From the IMG/VR virus record IMGVR_UViG_3300017754_001947, positions 1 to 46,101 of that record: a stretch of 46,101 bases of DNA; one strand, written 5' to 3'. Made by a program: the position numbers and the translations under genes. The stretch comes from a virus. Lineage: Duplodnaviria > Caudoviricetes. Shown in pieces: positions 38,701-46,082 of the stretch; position 1 is the first letter of the stretch; every line of letters starts with the position of its first letter. The notes beneath the pieces are model-generated. The model worked only from the letters and a program-made list of their open reading frames with translations. It searched no databases and had not been told where the DNA came from.

Positions 38701-40125
38701 AAGAAACTTAGCACATATGCTTTCTTACAGTCTGGACTTAATACAGGTAGTGCATTCTCTATTATTAGAGCGGTGCCTCAACAAGAGTATCTTAATAAGA
38801 TGATTCCTGCAGCTGGATGGTTTACAAAAGAACTTGAAAAAAGTAGTCCAGAACAAGTTGATGCTATGCTCACAACATTTGTTCAAAAGATGAAGACAAA
38901 TAGAGCAAGTAAAACAAGGAATAGGTTTAGTGATTATCAGGTATTTAAGTATAAGTCTATACGAAGCGTAAATAAACAACAGACTATAGTAGACACTAAA
39001 GAAGACAATTCTGGAAATATTATCTATCAGACTAAACTTAAAGATAAAGAAGGTCCTGAAGGTAAATACAAAACAGCTTATGGTGTAGAAGAGGCAGCAA
39101 ACCTTATGAATACTATGGATAATGTAATGTTTGTTGCTGAGGTACCTCTAGAAACTCCTGCTAATGAAAGAGATCAAAATCCTTTATATATAGCACAAAA
39201 TACTAGAGGTATGAATAACTTTATACCTGTTGTTACTAGAAATACTATAAGTACAGATGGAGTATTTACTGATCAACTTGCTGATAAGTCAGATGTATCA
39301 AGTAAAGATCTTCCTAAACCTACAGTTAAAAAGGTTGGATTTGATATAAAAGAGATCTCACCTAATACAAAAGATCCTAAGAAAGCTGCTGCAGCTACTG
39401 ATATTATTGAGTTTGGTAGAAAAGATCCTAAAACTGGAAGAGTATCTAGCTCTCAGAAATATGGAGAAGCTGCTGTAAATCAAGGTATTCCAAGAAATTC
39501 TGGTGTATATGATTCTGGTACAGTGGCTATGGTAAGTGTTGCAGGAAACAATGTATCTACTACACAAGACATTGATAATACAGTAAATCAAATTGTCAAA
39601 GTTCTAAATGCCGGTGGTTCTGTTATCATGGATAATAAGAAAAACCGTGAGTCAAACTGGAATAAATCTGGAGAAGGTGTTGTATTTGAAGCTGTAATGA
39701 ATAAACTTGGAGTTAAGAATCTTACCAATATCTCCAAGGATCCTGACTATGTTCAAATCAAATACAAGACAAACATACCTACTGCAGTTAATGGTTTAGT
39801 AGAACCTAATACTATTGTAAAAGAGAAGATAGATAAGTTTATTGAGCACGCAAAAGAAGTAAAAGCATCAGGTATGCAACTTGGATTCCCTGTTACTGGT
39901 TTGGCTCAATATATGAGAAGAGGAGACTCCTTTGCAAGACAAACTTTCTTATATTTGTCTAAGAGACTTTTAGAAGTTGGATATGTAAATCCAGGGCTTT
40001 TAGAGGTCCAGTCAGATCCTGATAATCAGGTAAGTGAATCTGGTATTGAGATGGTTGAAAAAGTTCAACAGGTATCAGTCAGAGAAGCTAGTGATAAATT
40101 ATTAGAATGTTTTGGTAGAAAATGA
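29740..40125 (+). CDS. Virion-packaged single-chain DNA-dependent RNA polymerase (crAss-like, phi14:2 gp66 type) fused to a zincin-like domain, 3461 aa
   Basis: Catalytic GSDFDIDK (DFDID at 36316-36330) preceded by RIPVQG (36199), with DAQGW, KFSLMPL and INGWVDVAKD motifs. HEAWH at 31816-31830 has downstream EEYLAE. ATGA overlaps at both ends. Confidence 0.9.
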   Translation: MICTLTPSQLEDLLTLVLWDLSDIVKKGNKFDYKTYMKEMYDLIKANSPYENAEDTEALALDYARQAAIMIHEVAAIGKVKKEGKQVRLSVELSEVGFSSDALIKEIKKFEDPNTGLEAVAAIVNPVTGIAQDLKNAQIVQDLISQEEELNKPEEVKEAVIKKAEPSVRTTDKETVSRDSTRRNPLLTVYYKIQRAIVNFVKEAVNTNSKSVEYPGIGKIYIKLVAGRNIDAENRRAADSQVSDFDKRVYAVVVDEEGNFLYANEDGTLAKEGKKFAYYSANEVGSQIANYLNENTSNFVKANIIGGSLGQLANITASDRKLKDIKGVTSSTTVYPRDASSKFPYYQIEGYPGILTISAPKFGDFNQRGKLEKIVDLLINKVYERNTELSFDDKLKKMEFMFSLEGASRKKIRDLIKSKTEKVTDQNKNQIRTELMGIIGEMYFNIDYPLFNANIYRDFDVNTTETVDGRVMFQEGPQKRYKEDYLFENFTSRGKFDSEGNPAVFDSYLEFQPQEAEVDKYTKVAEEVAKAEIKAAPEVNTQEQTTTAPGIQETISLDDIANIAIKDIDSLSKLIGVKSLNGKESVVKIANGLIWFLGGKEALKHPAMKKFMSALSRTEVEQIKALAVQNPEASPLATKYKVPVEVVFKAVNSGPRVAAATWSVNGIVLNQYMREEGESIDEAISGDFSDIYHEAWHGFTQTWLTEDQRKNMYAEASKQKGSFTDYNGNKVTFANAKPLQLEEYLAEEFRKFMLSGGTYTRPETPVQNSIFDWLFNLIKKLFGKAKTTDSEMPIIQELYQKLRVGDMSGFNFDVNNRDKTIGQLNKAVEKISSNKEDIDLNHQDSMQLINTIDSIISNIVDFTNKKSGTNRFTVGFFKKEENMKVAYKYAKQQLETTIKKHLEDKIAKSEGAQKTHFEKQLSLVNWALRNFGDTENLKNNRDGKGLIAYHQMKSKFISYEDRKNFFADINEEALSTKGREGYGDRAGNEFSHQELGDPDVHALLRSIYAFKGKDKVLNDFGTQDLVPYDLMWNKLAKILTGTITIDKMEAALKEAAKTDGTIEHLLEKLGDKNTSQYDEEYSLWTKFWQTFNGSLIPLVQVNVEENKVGDTDVTKYVIKVGRSSAPYAQVANRWSNTFEYLTSDEVDTFDKDPLTNQSYIDLNKLFKKFPNGVTREQRMEFFRSLGIYFSSDSRIAEAIEKNNIGGASDIWSNLSSLYSKHGVQRINSLEEVFAAYKEKPSVDKNGVKVLAPALVSLETYYKKLQELEARNSDYTTNFLSSNAEGNSQYEYSLNNTLSILTDALNTADSFEALISMPHMAQFKEELNAWSKSSATLNSLFDMSNPVKKERRKDKDGKPIKINLSNLSGVQLIREDGTVGIASASADVFTKFIQDLHLMTIAGKPELPRHADKTSSFSTYVDRIYPVGVGASRGSLYIDIEDLAKDQGKSGKNRAFSIVKNYINSELDRIRRFKALQERVDKGENIQFDFKYLKKGQDFVIFEDVLSNKTKELLLKADSSLTLDEILNLNEGDIYDKLRGDFDKYFDVQVQKANEYFDKVDKFTAENLLITIERQSKVNRQQAKVAAINAFVYNSWIHNVEAMIVIYGDIAQYKDADDFTKRIAGSGSTGKIMRSDAAGIQYVNNKKNKYAMKRLGTTMDPNQASDLNNIGLDGTLNSAILEDNKIGTQYIDQLREAITEDVVKRNKDKKLSKKKISEIVEKELGDYVNSMNEGDAQGWISFDAYRALSNLEGKWRPEHEKMYNDIIEGKVKPDYEAIKYFFPVRKFQYWGSVKNEHAAANAFHKFSLMPLIPSLTEDTSIDDLHLKMMNEGIHYALFESGSKVSTITTNGVKDKFYTNKEERTIVNINDKAFTKNTVHLQFLKDQLDIADEYKGNVTFPTQMRKLIESGLMEGGVPVDFKPNLSLEARVKLWSTVVDKEAESPIYKLVMNYESSISALTKKLTDDLIKEASIEFDSDGNIIFNDNLANFMVNALRSEDLAEHEIDFLKKAPGGKSLAHDLSLSLSAEKIEKALNSIIVKRLVRQKFNGEGLIQVSGAGFEKKAPKFRVATDEERLKYKGTNDLPFYRRSGGKDGKTSAAKIKIAMQGDFVKLLNLKHPDGNKIETIERLNQLITDDAWLDEGNNRRMITITGARIPVQGLNSMEFMEVYEFLDPTAGNIIILPSEIVAKSGSDFDIDKLTMMMPNIESNYSFKKWTTKEGRELLKTLATDNPDIADKLTPDNVGIILDIIKNKEELFKLDESDNKVLDLLKANSEFNVGLESGNTVGGLQNKVIQSMIDILEIPQNYLSLVKPNSTYIAKDLADNLAAKVLDYNNNYRVHDEVTGKPAGTRVFEIGFNLYKHSSHNIGKETLGLGAVDNTYNSVFNRIGFYLNPSYTAGFGTEKFEKRATILLPHNKLNNGISLSHIMDVNKENYVGDIISQLINGWVDVAKDAWIFNIQGNKEASPTLLFLIQAGVPFKQAVHLMSQPIIREYIQEQKRAKSILANALGEDIKNPNFFRGHTRDKFMNRYFLQRKGVVYEEDFDYNNLNNSEKQKFIYDRTLEYTNNPEFLKFVSDPEAIEGNITSKTISDNDLASLLHFFELEDMAKTVRDVKLRTNFDTTRSSSAYDAEDKIALAEALETNDLIPGDLLDKVLNDTPIGSFYVQPFQVKAWKGFFELRNNDKVNAFLKEYIKKNRTSIYNTYGDASEFIKAFKNNLPSFVFQNELKAFDISKPSSFDGLIVNTRAGYAVLKTAINLETGIAVKKVDGENVIYIDKDSLIKNYKDFEEGKGNFKPSSKEGKISSGPAYVNPMAFNKVPRDEYFRFVVAREVLRATYSKEAIEQREDYKELLSSNMKNQLYTLQDETAEAHKARMENLTYEEIIRDTALNNTYNLWKLFKSDKTVADEFFDIIKKHPSLLDDYAIVQNFKKSVSKDKKIKNLVFTDTALTADKLNIFNENLLELSNSSSIKLDINEEEKTRVAQFFKKLSTYAFLQSGLNTGSAFSIIRAVPQQEYLNKMIPAAGWFTKELEKSSPEQVDAMLTTFVQKMKTNRASKTRNRFSDYQVFKYKSIRSVNKQQTIVDTKEDNSGNIIYQTKLKDKEGPEGKYKTAYGVEEAANLMNTMDNVMFVAEVPLETPANERDQNPLYIAQNTRGMNNFIPVVTRNTISTDGVFTDQLADKSDVSSKDLPKPTVKKVGFDIKEISPNTKDPKKAAAATDIIEFGRKDPKTGRVSSSQKYGEAAVNQGIPRNSGVYDSGTVAMVSVAGNNVSTTQDIDNTVNQIVKVLNAGGSVIMDNKKNRESNWNKSGEGVVFEAVMNKLGVKNLTNISKDPDYVQIKYKTNIPTAVNGLVEPNTIVKEKIDKFIEHAKEVKASGMQLGFPVTGLAQYMRRGDSFARQTFLYLSKRLLEVGYVNPGLLEVQSDPDNQVSESGIEMVEKVQQVSVREASDKLLECFGRK

Positions 40126-43100
40126 AAGCTTGTCCTAACTTAAATGACCCATTTGTAAGAGAAAGATGGGATGCAATTAGTAGTGATCCAGAACTTGGGC
40201 AGTTATATGCTATGCAAGAATACCTGGAAGCACTTGGTCAAGATAGACCAATGGGTACTGTTGAAGAAGTAAAGGAAAAAGTAGATAAGAGATTTGAAGT
40301 AAAATCTCCAGTTGAAGTAGCTGAAAGAATTAGAAGAGAGACTGAAACTATCAAAGAAAAGTCTAATGATCCTGTATTTACAGATCCTGAAACAGGTATA
40401 GGACTTGCTATTCTTAGTAATCCAATAGATGGTAAGACTCTTAATATCGAATCTACTGACAATACTAGAGCTAATGAAGCTCTAAGAATGTTGTCCCAAA
40501 GTTTAGGTATTACCTATCATTTTATAAGTCCACAGCAGGCTATTGAACTTACTTCAAAGTCTAAAAATCCATGGACTACTGCTAAAGGAAAAGCTTTCTT
40601 CTATGAAGGTAATGTGTACTTTGTAGGTACAGAAGTTACAACATCAATGGCTTTTCATGAATTTTCTCATGCTGTTGTCAAAGCATTAGCTGTTGATCCA
40701 GAAACCAGATCTCTATTTAATAAGCTTGTAGCTGAGGCTCTTGCTGCTGATCCTAATCTTCTTACAGAAGCTGTTTCAGAATATAGAGATCTTGAGCAAG
40801 CTATTGAATCTGAGGAAGATCCTGCAGAAAAGAAAATTCTGATTGATAAATATCAAAGCATTCTTGCAGAAGAAGTTCTTGTTAAAGCTCTTACTAAAGC
40901 AGCAAAAGATAAATTTGATGCTACTAAAACAGAAACAAAGTTTGGCAAATTCATGAAAAACCTCATGTTTGCTATTAAACAGTTTCTTAGAAAAGTATTT
41001 GGTAAGAAGATTAACATCTCTAAGCTTGATCCTACAACTAGTCTTAATGATCTTGCTAAGATTTTAGCAGAAGGTGGCAACTTTAAAGTCAATACAACTA
41101 TGGTATCTGACTCTGATGTAGTTGCATATCTTGAAGATAGAGACTCTCTACTTAATGATCTTAAGCTTCTTAATGAAAGAGATATTACAGCGCTATCTTC
41201 AGAAGCATATGATCTTAGTACTAAGTACATCAAACTTCTTATAAGAAATAAGAACTATAAGGCCCTTGCTGATCTTCTATCTGATGAATATGGTAGAGGA
41301 GAACTTAAAGAGATTCAGTCTAACTTGCGTGAATATGCAGGAGAGCTTACAGAAAAAGCTGAACAACTTATCCTTGATATGGATAGGATGAAAGACAATG
41401 TGCAAGCTCTTACTAATACTGTGTTGCGTCTTGATAAAATTATGACAAGGATTCAAGACTACATGAAAACATTAGAAAAGGATCCTAATAGTAAAGAAAA
41501 TCTTCAGAAGGTATTTTATTATAAGCACTTTATTGATCACTGGTCTAACTATGTAGACAATGCCTTGGATACAATGAACAAGGCAAATGCTCCTGCAGGT
41601 TCTCCTATGGTTACTGTCTTAAATAGAATTAAGACTAATGTAAACAGAATAGAAGAATCTATAATGAATATCAGAAAAGAAGGTGCTGGACAAGTACTTT
41701 TTGATGAGATATCTGATATTGTAGAAGCTGCAGATGAACAATTTAAAGAAACAATTAAGCTTCTTAAAAGTAAAGGTGCTTCACAATCTAGCATAGACTC
41801 TAAATATAAATTTTATCATGGTCTTACAGAAGATGAATACAATCACTTTGTAAGATTAAATTCTCTTAAAGAATCTGGTATGTCTCTTACATCCCAAGAT
41901 TCTCGAGATCTAGAAGCACTAAAAAGACAAAAATTTACTGAAGGTGCTCAGATTACAAAAGAGAAAATGGATATGCTAATATCCGGTAATCTTAAAGATG
42001 CTCATTATACGAATAGCTTCTTTGAAGGTTACATGTATAATACAGATCCTGTAATAGCAAGTTTTGCTTCTTTCTTAAAAAAGAACATGACAGAAGTTGA
42101 TCTAAAAGTAATGAACAACTATGACAAGTTTCTTGATAAGATAGTACCTCTTCTAAAAAAGAATAAAATCAAGTTTACAAACATTGGTGAACTGGGTGAA
42201 AAACTAGGATTTGTTGATATTGTAGCTGGTAAAGATGAGAAAGGTAATCTTACAAAAAAAGAAAGATGGAGTCTTTTAGGTAAATATAAAGACTATAGAT
42301 ATGTTGAATCAGAGTTTGATGATGAAATTACTAAGCTACAAGCTGAATATTACCATTCTCAAACTAAAGAAAATAAAGAGAAACTTTCTGCAGCTATATC
42401 TAAAAAGAGAGAACACTTTAAAAAGTGGTGGAATCAAGAGTATGTACAAGAAGTATATGATCTAGATAAAGTATTTAACCAAGGTCCAGATGATAAGATA
42501 GGTCAAGAAGCTTATAGAAGAAAACAAAAATTCTTTGAAGACCTTAATAACCTAACAGCAGAAAGAGATGACCTTGATCTTCTTGAAGTAAATGACCGGA
42601 TGAATGAACTCTGGAGAGAGTATAGACTTATGCATTCTCTAAGAGATATTAAAGGTAACATGAAGGTTGGTGAGGAACTGGAAATTGCACAAAGATTAAA
42701 TGAATACAAAAGGCAATCTAGTGAATACTATGAATATGTACCTAGAAGAGGAGTATTTGAAAATACTCTTAAAAAAATAGAAGAACAGATTAAAGATAAT
42801 CTTAAAGAAGAAGATTTTCAACCTGGTCCAGCTTTTGATGCAGAATTTGCAAGAAGAAGACAAAAGTGGATTGATGCAAATACAAGAACTGTAATCAAAG
42901 ATTCTTTCTATGAAAGACGTGCATTCTTATATCAAGAAATAGAAAGACTAAATAAGTCTTTAAGAATCAAAATAGAAGAGAAGATAAAACTTCTAAATGA
43001 CCAGATTCCAAATCTAAAAGGTAAGCAACTCATTTTTGCTAACAAAAATGTTAAAGATCTCCAAGATAGCATTGATGCTATGGAGGAGATAAAGAAAGCT

Positions 43101-45938
43101 AAGACTGAGCTTTATGATCTGCTTTCAGAGTATAAAGATGATGATGGTCAAGTAGTTGGTAATGAGCTTGATAATGAAAGAATTCAGAAGATTAAAGCTC
43201 TTCAGGAAAACGTAAACAAGCTTCAAGAAAAAATCTTTAAACCAAGTGGCCTTACTCCAGAGCAAAGAGCTAGAGTAAAAGAACTCAATACAATAAAAAG
43301 TAAAAGAGAAAGGTCTCTTTCTGCAGAAGAAAAAGATGAATTAAAAAGACTTTATAGTGTTAAGGCATCTATTTCTCTTGATAAGAATGAGATGAATAAT
43401 TTGATTTCTTACTATGATGAGCTTTCAGAAATGCAATCTAAGAAGCCTACTGAGTATTACTTAGATGCTTTGCAATTCTGGTTTGAAGAGCTTAATGGTA
43501 GTGAGTTAATGCAAAAAGAAGGCTTTGGTATTACTGATGTTGATGAAGACAATGTAGGTATCTTATTCAGTCCTAACTTTTTAGAAATCTATTTTGCAGA
43601 AAATAAAGAGTTTGAAAAGTGGTGGAAAGCAAATCATATAGCGACTACTGAAAAAGATGTTACTACATATGAAGCTATTCCTGCTTGGACAAAAACTATT
43701 CCATCTGGTCCTGAGTATTATGAGCAAACAGAAATTAAAGATGAAGATGGAAATATAGTTGAGTACATACCAGGTAAACCTAAGCTTAAGTACTACGCTA
43801 AAATTGTAAAAAAGCAATATAAAACAGAGCGTATTGTAGGTACTACTGTAGACAACAGAGGTAATTTCTTACCAAAAGAATTACCAAATAGTCCATATAG
43901 AAATGAAAAGTACTATGAGCTAAAAGAAAATGATCCAAATATGTTTGAGCTTCTTGAATCTCTTACACAAATGCATTTGGATTTTCAAAAAGGTTCACCT
44001 AAAGATAGCAAGCTGTATTTGGACTTTCCAAGATTCCCAATGAGTGATCTTGAACTTGTTCAAAAGCGTGGTATTAAAGGAGCAACTCAAGGACCTAAAA
44101 GCTTTATAGAAAGAATCATTCAAAGAATCAGAGACTTCTTCATGGGAGGTAGAGCAGATTTTGAAGTTGGTACATCTAACTGGAAAAATGCTCAACAAAA
44201 GCTTGTAAAAGCAGACATGTATGATAATAAGATAGATAACATTCCTGCTCATGGTCTTTATGATCTTACAGCAAATGAAACATCTACTGACTTTATTACA
44301 GGTATGCTCAGATATATGCAATCTCTTGAGCGCCAAAGAAAACTCATTGAAATCAATCCTATTGCTATAGCAATTAAAGAAGTTCTTAATGATCCTAAGA
44401 ATAAAGCAAGAACTGATGAAATTAACAGAGGTAACTTTGTTGCAAGACAAATGCAGTCTTTTGTTAAGAAGAAAGGAAAATATGTAAGGGCAGAAGCTTT
44501 TAATGCTTACTATGACAGAGAATTCCTTGGAGAATCTCTTACTGGTTGGGGCAAGGACAATGCTTTTATTAATAACTTCTCTAACTTCTTATTTAAAAGA
44601 GCTGGTTTTTCATTTTTTGCATTGAATATTCCATCTGCTCTTAAGAACACTGCAGGTCAAAAATTCCAAGCACTACTTGAATCAGTAGGAGGTACTAATA
44701 TATCATTTAGAACTCTAGTAAAAGGAGAAGGTTGGGCATTTAAGACTGCTAGTAAAATGAGTGTAAATGTCTATAATGGAGAAGCAAAAGATCTAGAGCT
44801 CCTTCTTATGGATGTCTTTGATCCTATCCAGGGTAGATTTAAAGAAAAGTTTGGAACAAAAATAACCAGAACTATGGCAAAAGATATTGCAGATAGAAGC
44901 TGGTTGTATAATTTCCGTAAGTGGAGTGAAATTCAAGCTACTCTTCAGACTTTTGCAGCTATGATGTATAAACAAAAAGTAACCATGAAAGATGGCTCTA
45001 CTATTGAATACATGGATGCATGGGAAGTTGTAGATGGTAAACTAAAGCTTAAAGATGGTGTAGATCCAGAATGGGGATTCTCTTATGATGAAGAAGGCAA
45101 TGTAATAATGGGTAAGAAGTTTGAGAGAATGCGTAATAAGATTCATCAAGTAATGAACAAACTTAATGGAGCTTATTCTCAACATGATCAACCGGAAGCA
45201 CATAGACATTTGTGGTTTAAGTATATAAGCAACATGCGTAGATACTTTACTACTATGGCTGTTAAGCGCTTTGGTAAAAACAGATTGAATATAGGTATGG
45301 GAGGTTATGATGAGGGTTATTATATCACTGCTGCAAAAAGCTTTGGTAAAATCCTCAGAGATAGAAATATCAATCACATGACCCCTGAAGATAGAGAAGC
45401 TCTAATGAAGACAGTTGCTGAGTTTTTATTCTTAGCTCTTCTTAATATGGCTGCTTATAGTGTAATTGGTGGGTGGGATGAAGATGATGAAGATAGATAT
45501 GCTAAATTAAGAAAGAAGACTGGACCACTTAAACTGTGGGGTGTATCTGATGAAGAACCTGATTTTGATCTTGGAGGATACATACAAGTTCATAGCTTCT
45601 TATTATTACTTCAGGTAAGAGCTGAGAACGAGCAATTTATTCCTTTCCCGGGATATGGATTTGATGACTTGGCTTCTATGACAGATATTAAATCTATAGC
45701 ATTTGGGCCTACTACAGATACTTATAAGCAAATAATCAATGATATGGTTGACATATGGGAGGGTAATGAAAAATCAAGATATGTAAGAAGAGTTGGTGCA
45801 TATGAATGGCAACAACAAGGTGGATTAAAACTCTGGTCACATATGGCAAAAATGTTTGGTATAACAGGATCTACAGTAGATCCAGTAACCGCAGTTAAAA
45901 ATTACTATTCAGCTCAAGCACTTTCTAAGAATAAATAA
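40122..45938 (+). CDS. Giant ejection / polyvalent protein, 1938 aa, with N-terminal zincin-like HExxH domain
   Basis: HEFSH at 40656-40670 with downstream AEEVLV, long coiled coils, and a C-terminal helical region with a hydrophobic stretch (FLFLALLNMAAYSVIGG). Single Cys seen, at residue 4. Confidence 0.7.
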   Translation: MKACPNLNDPFVRERWDAISSDPELGQLYAMQEYLEALGQDRPMGTVEEVKEKVDKRFEVKSPVEVAERIRRETETIKEKSNDPVFTDPETGIGLAILSNPIDGKTLNIESTDNTRANEALRMLSQSLGITYHFISPQQAIELTSKSKNPWTTAKGKAFFYEGNVYFVGTEVTTSMAFHEFSHAVVKALAVDPETRSLFNKLVAEALAADPNLLTEAVSEYRDLEQAIESEEDPAEKKILIDKYQSILAEEVLVKALTKAAKDKFDATKTETKFGKFMKNLMFAIKQFLRKVFGKKINISKLDPTTSLNDLAKILAEGGNFKVNTTMVSDSDVVAYLEDRDSLLNDLKLLNERDITALSSEAYDLSTKYIKLLIRNKNYKALADLLSDEYGRGELKEIQSNLREYAGELTEKAEQLILDMDRMKDNVQALTNTVLRLDKIMTRIQDYMKTLEKDPNSKENLQKVFYYKHFIDHWSNYVDNALDTMNKANAPAGSPMVTVLNRIKTNVNRIEESIMNIRKEGAGQVLFDEISDIVEAADEQFKETIKLLKSKGASQSSIDSKYKFYHGLTEDEYNHFVRLNSLKESGMSLTSQDSRDLEALKRQKFTEGAQITKEKMDMLISGNLKDAHYTNSFFEGYMYNTDPVIASFASFLKKNMTEVDLKVMNNYDKFLDKIVPLLKKNKIKFTNIGELGEKLGFVDIVAGKDEKGNLTKKERWSLLGKYKDYRYVESEFDDEITKLQAEYYHSQTKENKEKLSAAISKKREHFKKWWNQEYVQEVYDLDKVFNQGPDDKIGQEAYRRKQKFFEDLNNLTAERDDLDLLEVNDRMNELWREYRLMHSLRDIKGNMKVGEELEIAQRLNEYKRQSSEYYEYVPRRGVFENTLKKIEEQIKDNLKEEDFQPGPAFDAEFARRRQKWIDANTRTVIKDSFYERRAFLYQEIERLNKSLRIKIEEKIKLLNDQIPNLKGKQLIFANKNVKDLQDSIDAMEEIKKAKTELYDLLSEYKDDDGQVVGNELDNERIQKIKALQENVNKLQEKIFKPSGLTPEQRARVKELNTIKSKRERSLSAEEKDELKRLYSVKASISLDKNEMNNLISYYDELSEMQSKKPTEYYLDALQFWFEELNGSELMQKEGFGITDVDEDNVGILFSPNFLEIYFAENKEFEKWWKANHIATTEKDVTTYEAIPAWTKTIPSGPEYYEQTEIKDEDGNIVEYIPGKPKLKYYAKIVKKQYKTERIVGTTVDNRGNFLPKELPNSPYRNEKYYELKENDPNMFELLESLTQMHLDFQKGSPKDSKLYLDFPRFPMSDLELVQKRGIKGATQGPKSFIERIIQRIRDFFMGGRADFEVGTSNWKNAQQKLVKADMYDNKIDNIPAHGLYDLTANETSTDFITGMLRYMQSLERQRKLIEINPIAIAIKEVLNDPKNKARTDEINRGNFVARQMQSFVKKKGKYVRAEAFNAYYDREFLGESLTGWGKDNAFINNFSNFLFKRAGFSFFALNIPSALKNTAGQKFQALLESVGGTNISFRTLVKGEGWAFKTASKMSVNVYNGEAKDLELLLMDVFDPIQGRFKEKFGTKITRTMAKDIADRSWLYNFRKWSEIQATLQTFAAMMYKQKVTMKDGSTIEYMDAWEVVDGKLKLKDGVDPEWGFSYDEEGNVIMGKKFERMRNKIHQVMNKLNGAYSQHDQPEAHRHLWFKYISNMRRYFTTMAVKRFGKNRLNIGMGGYDEGYYITAAKSFGKILRDRNINHMTPEDREALMKTVAEFLFLALLNMAAYSVIGGWDEDDEDRYAKLRKKTGPLKLWGVSDEEPDFDLGGYIQVHSFLLLLQVRAENEQFIPFPGYGFDDLASMTDIKSIAFGPTTDTYKQIINDMVDIWEGNEKSRYVRRVGAYEWQQQGGLKLWSHMAKMFGITGSTVDPVTAVKNYYSAQALSKNK

Positions 45939-45941
45939 CCA

Positions 45942-46082
45942 ATGGCAAGGATTAAAGATTCTACATCTACCAATATTATTAAGATTAAAAAGAAAAGACA
46001 AGGCGTTCACTCTAAAAACAATCACTACGGTCTTAAAACCGCTAAGAACTATCAGAAGAAGTATAGAGCTCAAGATAGATAA
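45942..46082 (+). CDS. Small basic protein (46 aa), absent from the ORF track
   Basis: Manual translation: MARIKDSTSTNIIKIKKKRQGVHSKNNHYGLKTAKNYQKKYRAQDR*. ATG lies 3 nt after the preceding stop. Confidence 0.75.
   Translation: MARIKDSTSTNIIKIKKKRQGVHSKNNHYGLKTAKNYQKKYRAQDR

Larger units (their letters stand above)
1..46082 (+). other. crAss-like (Crassvirales-type) phage structural, ejection and virion-RNAP module
   Basis: Co-oriented, tightly packed ORFs. The order capsid-accessory > HU/IHF-like > ring proteins > large tail stabilisation protein > cargo proteins > giant proteins with HExxH and a DFDIDK RNAP motif matches known crAss-like phage organisation. Leaders are A-rich without SD (e.g. 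aaaacaATG, taaaATG), as in Bacteroidota. Confidence 0.9.

Noticed and set aside
39931-39957. Internal Bacteroidota-type promoter TTTG...TATATTTG near the end of the vRNAP gene
   Set aside because: The spacer is 15 nt, shorter than the usual 19-21, and the sequence is explained by the FLYL codons. Not excluded, but unsupported.
29740-40125. Intein in the vRNAP or other giant proteins
   Set aside because: No internal Cys-start/His-Asn-end splice junction or LAGLIDADG motif was recognised.
541-45377. Minus-strand and nested short ORFs in the ORF track
   Set aside because: They lie inside long plus-strand genes, are Ser/Ile/Phe/Leu-rich antisense shadows and show no motifs.
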